A DNA stretch of 62,686 nucleotides, from sequence record DRR723986_11201, one strand, 5' to 3'. A model generated the notes under the pieces. It worked only from the letters and a program-made list of their open reading frames with translations. It was not told where the DNA came from and searched no databases. The position numbers were made by a program, and so were the translations under genes. Below, piece after piece: positions 47,698-57,688 of this stretch (positions are counted from its first letter, which is position 1; each line of letters begins with the position of its first letter).

Positions 47698-47724
47698 ACG
47701 GGAGCTTCGGCTCCCGTTTTTTTT
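47698..47724 (+). terminator. Rho-independent terminator
   Basis: ACGGGAGC-TTCG-GCTCCCGT followed by a T run. Confidence 0.92.
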
Positions 47725-47785
47725 GTCTCAACCCCGGCACCCGCTGCGTTATCATGTGCATTCTCCAACCAGCACAGCGATTGAG

Positions 47786-49348
47786 ATGAACGACCAGCAA
47801 CTCTCCATAGAACAGGCCATGGCGCTCGCCAAGAAGCACACGCGGGAGGGCCAACTGGCCACCGCGAAAGACATCTACCAGCGGATTCTGGCGCGGTTCC
47901 CTGATCACAAGCCAGCCCAGCGTGCCCTGAGTAAACTGCCGGCAGCCAAACAGGACAAACAGCACTTTCGCGCACAAATGGAGCACCTTATGACGCTCTA
48001 TGCCTCAGGCAATGCAGAGGAAGGGTTGGCAGCAGCGAGGAAGCTCTCAAAAAAGTACAAGGATCAACCCATGCCCCTGAATGTTCAGGGTGCGATATTG
48101 ACCAACACAGGGCAACTCGAAGAAGCCGTACGCTGTTTTCGCAAAGCGTTGGACATCGACTCAAGATATCCAGATGCCTGGAACAACCTGGGCTCAACCT
48201 TGAGCAAACTAGGCAACAGGGCTGAGTCACGGTCCTGCTTCCAAAGAGCACTGGGGCTCAACCCCAACGATCCAGAAGCGCTTCAAAACCTGGCTGCGTG
48301 CATGCGCGAAGACGGTGACTTGCAAAAAGCCATCGCGCTGTTTGAACGATCCATTGATTTACGCCCCAGCAGCGCAAGTGCCCAATGCGGCCTCGGCATA
48401 ACGCTTCGAATCGTAGGAAGGGCCAATCAGTCACTCCCTTACTTTCGCAATGCGCTAGATATTGATCCGCAATACAGTGAAGCATATCTGGAATTCGGTG
48501 AGGCTTTGTTGCAAATGAAGCTTTTCAGAGCAGCATTGGAAAATCTCGAAAAGGCAGCGCAATTGGATCCGGCAAGCTCCTACAAACAGTACCGCTTGGG
48601 TTTTGCACGATTCAACGCGGGGGATACCGAGGGTGCTATCAAGGCCTATGAGCAAAGCCTGGCAATATCCCCTGATACTGACGGAGTGCAGCACTTCCTG
48701 AATATCGCTCGCGGGGAGACCAGCGCCACCGCACCGCCGGGCTATATCAAGTCGCTCTTCGATGACTACGCAGCGCGGTTTGAACAGAGTCTGGTCGATA
48801 CCCTGGGCTACCACGGCCCCAAAGTCCTGGTCGAACTGTTGAATGAGAACATTGCGCCACGCCGATACAGTCACGCGGTGGATCTTGGTTGCGGCACGGG
48901 GCTATTCGGCGAGCTGCTTCGAGACATGACTGATCGAATGACGGGTGTCGACCTGTCCAGCGAGATGCTCCGCAAGGCTGGTGAGAAGAAAATCTATGAC
49001 GAGCTGATAGAGGAGGATCTCGTCTCTGCGCTGGCGCGCATAGACGGTCAACCCGACTTCTTCGGGGCTGCTGACGTGCTGATATATATTGGCGATCTAC
49101 TACCGGTTATGAAGGCGATCGCGAACGCTGCCGCAAGCGGAGCCATTATTGCCATCTCAACCGAGGTATTGCAGGAAGACGGCGAGATCAAACTCCTGCC
49201 CTCAGGTCGTTACGCGCATTCCAACGCGTACGTTGAAAAGATCATCGATGACGCTGGGCTGACTCTGATAGCGAGTAAAGAAGCACCACTGCGTATGGAA
49301 GAGTCGCAATGGCTAACAGGTGGGTATTACCTGATCAAAGCGCCATAA
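47786..49348 (+). CDS. TPR-repeat protein with C-terminal SAM-dependent methyltransferase
   Basis: Multiple TPRs (AWNNLG, ALQNLA), [39 protein letters not shown]. Confidence 0.92.
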   Translation: MNDQQLSIEQAMALAKKHTREGQLATAKDIYQRILARFPDHKPAQRALSKLPAAKQDKQHFRAQMEHLMTLYASGNAEEGLAAARKLSKKYKDQPMPLNVQGAILTNTGQLEEAVRCFRKALDIDSRYPDAWNNLGSTLSKLGNRAESRSCFQRALGLNPNDPEALQNLAACMREDGDLQKAIALFERSIDLRPSSASAQCGLGITLRIVGRANQSLPYFRNALDIDPQYSEAYLEFGEALLQMKLFRAALENLEKAAQLDPASSYKQYRLGFARFNAGDTEGAIKAYEQSLAISPDTDGVQHFLNIARGETSATAPPGYIKSLFDDYAARFEQSLVDTLGYHGPKVLVELLNENIAPRRYSHAVDLGCGTGLFGELLRDMTDRMTGVDLSSEMLRKAGEKKIYDELIEEDLVSALARIDGQPDFFGAADVLIYIGDLLPVMKAIANAAASGAIIAISTEVLQEDGEIKLLPSGRYAHSNAYVEKIIDDAGLTLIASKEAPLRMEESQWLTGGYYLIKAP

Positions 49349-49413
49349 CTCAGGCGGATCGGATCGTCCCGCCCGGTACTTACATGGCTTGGTTTTATTG
49401 ATTACTAGAAAAT

Positions 49414-49490
49414 TGGTCGGTGTGAGAGGATTCGAACCTCCGACCCCTTCCTCCCGAAGGAAGTGCGCTACCAGGCTGCGCCACACACCG
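49414..49490 (-). tRNA. tRNA-Pro (anticodon CGG)
   Basis: Reverse complement CGGTGTGTGGCGCAGCCTGGTAGCGCACTTCCTTCGGGAGGAAGGGGTCGGAGGTTCGAATCCTCTCACACCGACCA; cloverleaf, TTCGAA T-loop, encoded CCA. Confidence 0.97.
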
Positions 49491-49507
49491 AGATTTTGAG
49501 GAGCGAG

Positions 49508-49536
49508 ACTATACCAGACAGGGGCTTTGTCGCCAA
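49508..49536 (-). promoter_or_regulatory. Candidate sigma70 promoter of tRNA-Pro
   Basis: TTGGCG-N17-TATAGT on the minus strand, 17 nt before the tRNA. Confidence 0.55.
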
Positions 49537-49548
49537 TGCCCCCAGCCC

Positions 49549-49761
49549 CTAGTAAATCCCCGCCCAGTTAGCGATTAACTGACTGAAAATACTGAAGAAA
49601 GTAACGATGGCGATGAGGATCAGCAGCAGCCGGAAAGGCCGGAACGGCTTGCGTTCAACCGAGTTAACGCCGCGGGATGTGAACGCATCTACCTTGGCCT
49701 GATCCTCTGGATACAGGCGGTTCTCATAGCTGCTGTCGCGCTTGTCTGTCTCGTCCGTCAT
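49549..49761 (-). CDS. DUF3094 family small membrane protein
   Basis: [11 protein letters not shown]...[10 protein letters not shown] followed by a TM helix. Confidence 0.85.
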   Translation of the reverse strand: MTDETDKRDSSYENRLYPEDQAKVDAFTSRGVNSVERKPFRPFRLLLILIAIVTFFSIFSQLIANWAGIY

Positions 49762-49852
49762 ACAACATCCGGGGGAGGAATCAAGCCAGTATTCTCTCCC
49801 CTAAGACCAGCAATGTCACCCCGCTTTGCGCCACTTCCCCATCGCAGCCGGG

Positions 49853-51646
49853 TCAGAAGTCGAACATCGCTTCCGGCATCTGCATCAGGTTTTCAGCACC
49901 GGACTGCAGGGCCTGCTTATGGGACAGGGTGCGCGGCAACAGACGGTCGTAGTAGAACCGCGCCGTCATCAACTTGGCCTCATAGAACGACGCATCTCCC
50001 TCGGCGGCGGCAATCTTCTGCCTCGACAGCACCGCCATCCGGGCCCAGAAGAAGGCCAGGGTGACGTAACCGCTGTACATCAGGTAATCCACCGCAGCAG
50101 CGCCCGCCTCGTCCGGGTTTTCCATCGCCCGCTGGCCGATTGCCAGTGACATCTCCAGCCACTCATCCTTGTAAGCCTTGAGCACACTGATGAACGGGGC
50201 ATCCGCCTCATCGGTATTTGCGGCGCAGAAATCGTCGATAATCTGGGTGAAGCCCATCAACAGCTGGCCACCGCTGCCGAGTACCTTGCGTCCGATCAGG
50301 TCCATCGCCTGGATGCCGGTGGTGCCCTCGTAGAGCATGGCAATCCGGGCATCGCGCACGATCTGCTCCATGCCCCACTCCTTGATGAAGCCGTGACCGC
50401 CATACACCTGCAGGCCGAGGTTAGCTGCTTCGAAACCCGTCTCGGTGATAAAGGCCTTGGCGATCGGCGTCAGGAAAGCCATCAGGTCATCCGCTGCCTT
50501 GGACCGCTCCTCATCGCCGGAGTCGACCACGTCGCCCAGCTGCGCAAGGTAGTAGATAAATGCCCGGCTGCCTTCAATGATGGCCTTCTGGGTAAGCAGC
50601 ATGCGGCGCACGTCGGCATGGACGATGATCGGGTCTGCCGGGCCCTCAGGGTTTTTCGGGCCGGTAAGGCTACGCATCGACAGACGGTCGCGGGCGTAGG
50701 CCAGCGCACCCTGGTAGGACAGCTCTGCGTGGGCGAGACCCTGGATGGCTGTGCCGATACGGGCAGTGTTCATAAAGGTGAACATGCAGTTCAGGCCCTT
50801 GTTCGGCGGGCCGATCAGGTAACCTTTGGCGCCATCGAAGTTCATGACACAGGTCGCGGATGCCTTGATTCCCATCTTCTTCTCGATCGAGGCACAGTGC
50901 ACGGCATTTCTCTCGCCGACGCCGCCATCGGCGGTGACGTTGTACTTGGGCACGATAAACAGGGAGATTCCCTTGGTGCCAGGAGGTGCATCCGGCAGGC
51001 GCGCCAGCACGATGTGGACAATGTTCTCCGCCATGTCGTGTTCACCGGCGCTGATGAAAATCTTGGTGCCGGTGATCGCATAGCTGCCGTCGGCCTGCGG
51101 CTCGGCCTTGGTGCGCAGCAGGCCGAGGTCGCTGCCGCACTGGGATTCGGTCAGGCACATGGTCCCGGTCCAGCTGCCCTCGACCAGCTTGCTCAGGTAG
51201 GTCTGCTTCTGGTCGGTGTCGCCGTGTTCTTCCAGGGTCTTGATCGCCCCGTGGCTCAGGCCCGGGTACATCAGCCAGGACCAGTTGGCGGTGCCGGCCA
51301 GTTCGTTGAGGACAATGCCCAGCAGGTTGGGCATACCCTGACCGCCGTATTCCGTTTCCGCCGCCAGAGCCGGCCAGCCGTTTTCGACGAACTGGCGGTA
51401 CGCCTCGGGAAATCCTTCCGGTGTCTTGACCCCGTCCTCACTCCACTGACAGCCCTCATCGTCACCGGACTGGTTGAGCGGCGCGAGCACGTTCTCGGAG
51501 AACTTGGCAGCCTCTTCCACGATGGCATCCATCAGGTCCCGGGTCGCCTCTTCGTGGCCCGGCAGGGTCTGGTAGAAGTGCTCCGACTCAAGCAACTCGT
51601 TCATTACGAAACTGATATCGCGCAGGGGGGCCTTGAATTCTGGCAT
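49853..51646 (-). CDS. Acyl-CoA dehydrogenase (long, C-terminal domain type)
   Basis: GTMCLTESQCGSDLG, GTKIFISAGEHD, EKKMGIKASAT, QVYGGHGFI, LYEGTTGIQA; start ATG 51646. Confidence 0.95.
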   Translation of the reverse strand: MPEFKAPLRDISFVMNELLESEHFYQTLPGHEEATRDLMDAIVEEAAKFSENVLAPLNQSGDDEGCQWSEDGVKTPEGFPEAYRQFVENGWPALAAETEYGGQGMPNLLGIVLNELAGTANWSWLMYPGLSHGAIKTLEEHGDTDQKQTYLSKLVEGSWTGTMCLTESQCGSDLGLLRTKAEPQADGSYAITGTKIFISAGEHDMAENIVHIVLARLPDAPPGTKGISLFIVPKYNVTADGGVGERNAVHCASIEKKMGIKASATCVMNFDGAKGYLIGPPNKGLNCMFTFMNTARIGTAIQGLAHAELSYQGALAYARDRLSMRSLTGPKNPEGPADPIIVHADVRRMLLTQKAIIEGSRAFIYYLAQLGDVVDSGDEERSKAADDLMAFLTPIAKAFITETGFEAANLGLQVYGGHGFIKEWGMEQIVRDARIAMLYEGTTGIQAMDLIGRKVLGSGGQLLMGFTQIIDDFCAANTDEADAPFISVLKAYKDEWLEMSLAIGQRAMENPDEAGAAAVDYLMYSGYVTLAFFWARMAVLSRQKIAAAEGDASFYEAKLMTARFYYDRLLPRTLSHKQALQSGAENLMQMPEAMFDF

Positions 51647-51702
51647 GGTCGTATCCTCTAGGAAGTGGGCCTGAAAAAAGCAACGCCGGAACAGGCGCAG
51701 GC

Positions 51703-51749
51703 CAATGTGTTCGCTGTACACATTGTCACCTAATTTCCCGCCAAGTCAA
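51703..51749 (-). promoter_or_regulatory. Promoter with overlapping inverted-repeat operator upstream of the acyl-CoA dehydrogenase
   Basis: Minus strand TTGACT-N16-GACAAT; perfect IR CAATGTGT-N7-ACACATTG (51703-51725) overlaps the -10. Confidence 0.55.
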
Positions 51750-51873
51750 ATATCTTTTTCGGATGAGGGCGGGGAGCGATGCGCCAAACTGGTTATATTC
51801 AATGCCTGCTGTTGCTTAAGTCGCCGCTTCTGATGGATTACAGGGGGACGCTCGGCGGCCGATTCGAGCCAGA

Positions 51874-52671
51874 ATGGACAGGTTCCTGCCCTGCCCCGAA
51901 AGCCGACCCGGAGACCCCCTGCCCACTCTCATGCAACGCGTCCGATCCAAGACCGGAACCCGGCTGCTGGACAGCCTGTTTCCGCATATCTGCCAGCTGT
52001 GTGTGCTGCCCAGCAAGCGGCCTGTTCCGCTATGTCACAGCTGTGAGGCCAGCCTGCTCACCAACCCCGTGCACTGTCAGCAATGTGCCCTGCCGCTGCC
52101 CCCGGCTACCGGGAACACGGGGCCGCGCCTGTGCCCCGCCTGTCTGGCGGCACCACCTGCCTACACCCGGGTCAGGGCGCCACTGGTCTACGAGGACAAC
52201 CTTGCCTACCTGATCAGCCGCTGGAAATATCACCGGCAACACAACCTGACCCCCTTACTGGCACATCTCTGGCTCCATTACGCGCCAGAGGTGGCACCAC
52301 CTGATCTGCTGCTGGCGGTACCGCTGCACTGGCGGCGCCTGTTGCGCCGCGGCTTCAACCAGGCGGAGCTGCTGTTGCGAGCACTGACCTCGGCGCACCC
52401 GGAACTGCGGGATGTGGAGCGCTGCCCGCGCCTGCTGCGCAGAACCCGGTCAACGCCCGCGCAGGCCACCCGGGGGGCGAGCGCGCGAGGGACCAACCTG
52501 CACGGCGCCTTTACTGTCACCCGGCGCTGTGACAACCTGCGGGTCGCAGTGATCGATGACGTGCTGACCACCGGCGCCACGGCGTCCGCGACCGCTGCAG
52601 CACTGTTGAAGGCCGGTGCCGCAGAGGTCGAAATCTGGTGCCTGGCGCGTACGCCGGCACCTCCCCGGTGA
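51874..52671 (+). CDS. comF: ComF family amidophosphoribosyltransferase-like protein
   Basis: Double zinc ribbon CxxC x4, VPLH..R..RRGFNQA, VIDDVLTTGAT; start uncertain. Confidence 0.9.
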   Translation: MDRFLPCPESRPGDPLPTLMQRVRSKTGTRLLDSLFPHICQLCVLPSKRPVPLCHSCEASLLTNPVHCQQCALPLPPATGNTGPRLCPACLAAPPAYTRVRAPLVYEDNLAYLISRWKYHRQHNLTPLLAHLWLHYAPEVAPPDLLLAVPLHWRRLLRRGFNQAELLLRALTSAHPELRDVERCPRLLRRTRSTPAQATRGASARGTNLHGAFTVTRRCDNLRVAVIDDVLTTGATASATAAALLKAGAAEVEIWCLARTPAPPR

Positions 52672-52695
52672 ACCACTTGGTGAACAGAGCGCACG

Positions 52696-53412
52696 ATGCA
52701 AACCCCTTCGCCGATAGCTATTCTCCTGTGCGCCTGCCTGCTGCTGCCCGCCGTGGCCGCTCATGCGGAAACCGTACGCGTCGCGGTCGCCGCTAATTTC
52801 AGTGCCACCGCAAGGACGATCAGCGCGGAGTTTGAAGCTCGCCACCCCCACAGCGTCAGCAGCAGCACCGCCTCCACCGGTGCACTGGTTAGCCAGGTTC
52901 TCCACGGCGCTCCCTATGACGTGCTCTTGTCAGCCGATGAGCGGGGACCGGCAGCACTGGTATCCGCCGGCCTCGCCGATGCCGGCAGCCAGGCCTGCTA
53001 CGCGGCCGGTCGCCTGGTACTGCTGGGGGGCCAGGTAGACGATCTGGCAAATCCTGACCTCAGCCTGGCCATCGCCAACCCGCTGACGGCACCCTATGGC
53101 CGGGCCGCCGAACAGGTTTTGCAGCGGCCGGAGTTTGCCATCGCCCGGGAGCGCAAACTGCTGCGCGGCAGCAATGTGCTGCAGGCCTACCAGTTCTGGA
53201 TCGCGGGTGCGGATCTGGCCCTGGTTGCCGACGCCCTTGCTCCCGGCCAGGGAGTGCCGGTACCCGAGGCCTGGTACGAACCCATCGAACAGCACGCTGT
53301 GCTGCTGGCAAACGGGCAGGAAAACGCGGCCGCCGCCGATTATCTGGCATTCCTGCATAGCAGCAGCGCGCGGGATATCATCCGCGCGGCGGGTTACGGG
53401 GATTGCCCATGA
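52696..53412 (+). CDS. modA: Molybdate ABC transporter substrate-binding protein
   Basis: Signal peptide, VAVAANF, STGAL..Q..GAPYDVLLSAD, IANP.TAPYG. Confidence 0.9.
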   Translation: MQTPSPIAILLCACLLLPAVAAHAETVRVAVAANFSATARTISAEFEARHPHSVSSSTASTGALVSQVLHGAPYDVLLSADERGPAALVSAGLADAGSQACYAAGRLVLLGGQVDDLANPDLSLAIANPLTAPYGRAAEQVLQRPEFAIARERKLLRGSNVLQAYQFWIAGADLALVADALAPGQGVPVPEAWYEPIEQHAVLLANGQENAAAADYLAFLHSSSARDIIRAAGYGDCP

Positions 53413-54089
53413 CCGGCGCTGAGCTGGAAGCGATCCGCCTGACCGGCCTGCTCGCCGCAGTGACAACCATTATCCTGTTACTGCTGGGTACGCCGCTGGC
53501 CTGGTGGTTGGCCCATCGCCGGGGAAACCTGGCGGCACTGGTGGAAGCCCTGGTGGCCCTGCCCCTCGTCCTGCCGCCAACCGTCCTCGGGTTCTACCTG
53601 CTGCTCATGCTGGCCCCCGATACACCCATTGGTGCGCTGTGGCAGTCTGTCACCGGCTCCACGCTGGCCTTCAGTTTCGAGGCCTTGGTGATCGGCTCCG
53701 TGGTCTACTCGCTTCCCTTCGTGGTGCAACCCTTGCAACAGGCTTTCAGCCGGGTTCCCGCCGGTCTCAGCCAGGCGGCCGCCACTCTGGGAGCCAGCCC
53801 GCTGGACCAGTTCCGGACCATCGTCCTGCCGCTGACCCGGCGCAGCTTCCTGGTTGCAGCCGCACTGGGTTTCGCCCACACGGTCGGCGAGTTCGGTGTG
53901 GTGCTGATGATCGGTGGCAACATCCCGGGGGAAACCCGGGTGCTGTCGATTGCAATCTACGATCAGGTTGAGTCCCTGCAGTTCGCCGAGGCCCACCGCC
54001 TGTCCCTCGGCCTGGTGATCCTGTCTGTTTCTATGCTGTTCCTGCTGTACCGCTCCGCACCCGACGCGCGCTGGGGCGTGGGCCGATGA
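53409..54089 (+). CDS. modB: Molybdate ABC transporter permease
   Basis: LPLVLPPTVLGFYLL, FAHTVGEFGVVLMIGGNIPG; ATGA overlap. Confidence 0.95.
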   Translation: MTGAELEAIRLTGLLAAVTTIILLLLGTPLAWWLAHRRGNLAALVEALVALPLVLPPTVLGFYLLLMLAPDTPIGALWQSVTGSTLAFSFEALVIGSVVYSLPFVVQPLQQAFSRVPAGLSQAAATLGASPLDQFRTIVLPLTRRSFLVAAALGFAHTVGEFGVVLMIGGNIPGETRVLSIAIYDQVESLQFAEAHRLSLGLVILSVSMLFLLYRSAPDARWGVGR

Positions 54090-55177
54090 GTCGGCTGGAA
54101 CTGGAACTGGCCTGGCAGGGCGCTGGCGAATTCCGCCTGCAACTCGCCACCACCCTGGACCTCGGCGGGGTCACCGCCGTGTTCGGTCCCAGCGGCAGCG
54201 GCAAGACTACCCTGCTGGAGTGCATCGCCGGCCTGCGCAAACCCGCGGCGGATAGTCGCATCTGTTTTGACAGCGCCGAGTGGCTCAGCGTCGACCGTGA
54301 CATACCCGCCTGGCAACGGGAAATCGGTGTGGTATTCCAGGATGGCCGCCTGTTCCCGCACCTCAGCGTGGCCGGCAACCTCGCCTATGCCGAGCAGCGA
54401 CGGCGCGGTGGTGCGTCCTTCTCCCGGGAAGACGTGGTCAGCTGGCTGGAGCTGGACAAGCTGCTGGATCGCGCCGCCAGCCAACTCTCAGCCGGACAGG
54501 CCCAGCGGGTCGCCATTGCCCGGGCCCTGCTCAGTGGTCCCAGGTTGCTGCTGCTGGACGAACCGCTGGCGAACCTCGATGGCGCAGCCCGGCGTCGCTG
54601 CCTCAGCTGCCTGCACCGGGTGCGCGAACGGACCGGCCTGCCGATGATCTACGTCAGCCACGACATTGAGGAGGTCAGCCGGCTGGCTGACCAATTGCTG
54701 CTGCTGGAGGACGGCAAGCTCGTTGAACAAGGGCCCCTGCTCGAACTCGCGGGTCGGCTCGATACCCGTTTCTCCCATCACGCGCAGGCCGCGGCCATCC
54801 TGATGGCCCGGGTCAGCGCCGACGATGCCGACCACGGCCTGACCGAACTGGATCTCGAAGGACAGCCTGTGTGGGTCAACCACTTCCCGGGCGTCACCGG
54901 GAGTCGGCTGCGGTTGCGCATTCCCGCCCGGGACGTGAGCGTCTGTCGCAGCCGGCCGGACGATAGCAGCATCCTCAATATCCTGCAGGTGACCCTGGTC
55001 GAGATCGAGGACACAGACGACGCCCGGGTCCTGTTGCGGCTGGCTGTCGGCGAGCAATTCCTGCTCGCTCGGATCACCCGCAAATCCGCCGGACAACTCG
55101 CACTGCGCCCCGGCGACGCGCTGTTCGCGCAGGTGAAAAGCGCCGCGCTGCTGAACGAGGCATTGGACCCGGCATGA
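54086..55177 (+). CDS. modC: Molybdate ABC transporter ATP-binding protein with TOBE domain
   Basis: FGPSGSGKT, LLDEP, SSILN, ARITRKS...AQVKS. Confidence 0.95.
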   Translation: MSRLELELAWQGAGEFRLQLATTLDLGGVTAVFGPSGSGKTTLLECIAGLRKPAADSRICFDSAEWLSVDRDIPAWQREIGVVFQDGRLFPHLSVAGNLAYAEQRRRGGASFSREDVVSWLELDKLLDRAASQLSAGQAQRVAIARALLSGPRLLLLDEPLANLDGAARRRCLSCLHRVRERTGLPMIYVSHDIEEVSRLADQLLLLEDGKLVEQGPLLELAGRLDTRFSHHAQAAAILMARVSADDADHGLTELDLEGQPVWVNHFPGVTGSRLRLRIPARDVSVCRSRPDDSSILNILQVTLVEIEDTDDARVLLRLAVGEQFLLARITRKSAGQLALRPGDALFAQVKSAALLNEALDPA

Positions 55178-56154
55178 ATACTCACCCCTATGATCGCCTG
55201 ACACCGGACCGCGTCATTGCGGCGGTGGAATCCGCGGGCTACCTCAGTGATATGCGCCTGCTGGCGCTGAACAGTTATGAGAACCGGGTCTACCAGGTGG
55301 GCATCGAGGACAGCGAGCCGGTTATCGCCAAGTTCTACCGACCCGAGCGCTGGACGGATGCCCAGATTCTGGAAGAGCACAGCTTCAGCATCGAGCTGCA
55401 GGCTGCTGATATCTCAGTCGTGGCACCGCTGGTCAACGAGGCAGGCGAGACCTTGCACAAGCACGACGGCTTCCGCTTCGCCCTGTTCACCCGCCGCGGC
55501 GGTTATCCACCGGAACTGGATAACCTCGACAACCTGCTGGTGCTGGGCCGCACTCTCGGCCGTATCCACGCGGTCGGACGCAGCGCCCCATTCCAGCAGC
55601 GCATTACCCTGTCAGTAGATCGCATGCTGGGGGACAGCCGCGAGTTCCTGCTGGCGAACTTCATTCCCGAAGGCCTGCGCACGGCCTACGACACGCTGAC
55701 CCGGGATTTACTGCAGGCAGTAACTGAGGTGCTGGCACCGATGCAGCCGGATACCATGATCCGGGTGCACGGTGATTGCCACATCGGCAATATCCTGTGG
55801 CGGGACGATGTCGCCCACTTTGTCGATCTGGACGATTGCTGCATGGCGCCGGCCATCCAGGACCTGTGGATGTTTCTCAACGGTGAGCGCCACGCGCGAC
55901 AGCTGCAGCTGGCTGAACTGGTGGAGGGCTACAGCGAGTTCTGCGATTTCGAACCGCGTCAGCTGCGCTGGGTAGAAGCCTTGCGCACCTTGCGCCTGGC
56001 CCACTACGCCGCCTGGCTGGGACGGCGCTGGGAAGACCCGGCGTTCCCCCACAGTTTCACCTGGTTCAACACCGAGCGCTACTGGGCCGAGCACATTCTC
56101 GAACTGCGCGAACAGCTGGCCAACCTGCAGGAGCCGCCGCTGACCCTGTTATAA
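55174..56154 (+). CDS. srkA: Stress response Ser/Thr kinase (SrkA/RdoA/YihE)
   Basis: LNSYENRVYQ, AKFYRP.RW, HGDCHIGN, DLDD, QDLWM, WEDPAFP. Confidence 0.93.
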   Translation: MNTHPYDRLTPDRVIAAVESAGYLSDMRLLALNSYENRVYQVGIEDSEPVIAKFYRPERWTDAQILEEHSFSIELQAADISVVAPLVNEAGETLHKHDGFRFALFTRRGGYPPELDNLDNLLVLGRTLGRIHAVGRSAPFQQRITLSVDRMLGDSREFLLANFIPEGLRTAYDTLTRDLLQAVTEVLAPMQPDTMIRVHGDCHIGNILWRDDVAHFVDLDDCCMAPAIQDLWMFLNGERHARQLQLAELVEGYSEFCDFEPRQLRWVEALRTLRLAHYAAWLGRRWEDPAFPHSFTWFNTERYWAEHILELREQLANLQEPPLTLL

Positions 56155-56877
56155 CTGTTGCCGGGACCGCGGATAGATAAGCGACCAGAGCCAGCGGAAG
56201 AAGCCGTTTCCCTCCAGCACGTCCCGGTCCACCTTGTCGAAGAAGCGCTGCAAGCCCGCAGGATCGGCAAAATAATCCATCCGCGTGGTAAACCCTCGCT
56301 CGGGGTCCAGTTCCTTGACGATTTTGGCCGGGTTACCGGCCACCACGACATTCGCCGGCACATCGCGACTGACCACGGCACGCGCCGCGACCACGCTGTT
56401 TTCCCCAATCGTCACGCCCTTGAGCACCGTGGCGTGATCTCCCAGCCAGACATTCCTGCCAATATGCACCGGCGTCGGCCTGTCACTGCGGCAGGTGCGA
56501 TCATAGATCGTGTGCCAGTCGGAGTCGGTGACATAGGTCCCGTTGGCCATCATCACCCCATCACCAATGACGATCTCGTCACTGGCGCTCAGTCGCGAGC
56601 CGGGGCTCATCAACACGCAGTCGCCGATATCGATCCGCCCGGCACCGGGCTCCCGACCCCAGACGCCAATCTCCACCCGATGCATGGGCTCCCCGATCGC
56701 GGTAAAGCTGTGGCCGATGCGGATATTGGGGCCGGAGATGTGGACATACCAGGGTTTCATCACCGTCTCGTAGGGCCCCATGAAGGCGCACTCCGGTCGC
56801 AGAAAGTAATCGGTGTACCAACGCCGAAATGCCAGGTAGGTTTTTTTGACCCAATAGGGCCGCAGGTCATCGCGCAT
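56149..56877 (-). CDS. Hexapeptide-repeat acyltransferase
   Basis: Left-handed beta-helix repeats IGDCV, IGDGV, IGRNVWLG, IGENSVV; VVAGNPAK. Confidence 0.9.
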   Translation of the reverse strand: MRDDLRPYWVKKTYLAFRRWYTDYFLRPECAFMGPYETVMKPWYVHISGPNIRIGHSFTAIGEPMHRVEIGVWGREPGAGRIDIGDCVLMSPGSRLSASDEIVIGDGVMMANGTYVTDSDWHTIYDRTCRSDRPTPVHIGRNVWLGDHATVLKGVTIGENSVVAARAVVSRDVPANVVVAGNPAKIVKELDPERGFTTRMDYFADPAGLQRFFDKVDRDVLEGNGFFRWLWSLIYPRSRQQL

Positions 56878-56981
56878 GCAGCTGTAGATCCGGCTATGGA
56901 AGGTAATTGTCTGGGGCTTTATGATCGCAGGGCCAGGGTGTCACAGCAAATTCCACCCTCCAACCCAAATCAGGTTCACCT

Positions 56982-57638
56982 GTGTCCGAGCTTTCCCGCC
57001 CTGTATCGAGCAGCCAGCAGCGTCCCCACGACAAGCTGCCGGACGTCCTGCGCCGCCACCGGGCTGCCCCCTGGCGCCCGCCGCCGGCGCCGCACAACCT
57101 TGCAGCGCTCGCCACCCTCGAGCAGCAGTTACAGGCGAACACCCGGCCACTTATCCTCGATTCGTTCTGCGGCACCGGGCACAGCACCGCCGAACTGGCT
57201 ATCCGCCACCCAGGGCACCTGGTCATCGGCATCGACAAATCAGCCCATCGCCTGCAGCGGCACCCGGGGGGAGCGGCGACAAACTACCTGTTGCTGCGGG
57301 CCGAATGCGAAGCCGTGTGGCGCTACCTGGTAGATCGCGGCGCAGCTGTGGAGCATCACTACCTGCTTTACCCCAACCCCTGGCCAAAGCCGGGGCACCT
57401 GCAACGGCGCATCCATGGCCACCCCGCTTTTCCCCTGCTGCTCAGCCTCGGGGGGACAATTGAGCTGCGCTCCAACTGGCAACTTTATGTGGAAGAATTC
57501 GGCCTCGCCATGCAGCTTTCGGGAATACCGGGCGTCATTCGACGCATCGTGGCGGACTCACCGCTGACCCTGTTCGAGCGCAAATACCGCGACAGTGGCC
57601 ACGATCTCTGGTGCTATCAGGGCCAATTGCGGATGTGA
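56982..57638 (+). CDS. SAM-dependent methyltransferase, TrmB-like
   Basis: LDSFCGTG, GIDKS, LLYPNPWPK, LRSNW, TLFERKY. Confidence 0.82.
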   Translation: MSELSRPVSSSQQRPHDKLPDVLRRHRAAPWRPPPAPHNLAALATLEQQLQANTRPLILDSFCGTGHSTAELAIRHPGHLVIGIDKSAHRLQRHPGGAATNYLLLRAECEAVWRYLVDRGAAVEHHYLLYPNPWPKPGHLQRRIHGHPAFPLLLSLGGTIELRSNWQLYVEEFGLAMQLSGIPGVIRRIVADSPLTLFERKYRDSGHDLWCYQGQLRM

Positions 57639-57688
57639 CGGAAACGCAGAGATGGTCTACAGTGCCCATTCGATAGAGAGGCCGATTT

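Noticed and set aside
47700-49490. Integrative element or prophage at tRNA-Pro
   Set aside because: No integrase, phage genes or duplicated att sequence seen in the window
50393-51661. 422-aa plus-strand ORF
   Set aside because: Antisense shadow of the acyl-CoA dehydrogenase
56158-57333. 391-aa plus-strand ORF
   Set aside because: Overlaps two well-supported genes; low-complexity Arg/Pro/His sequence with no motifs
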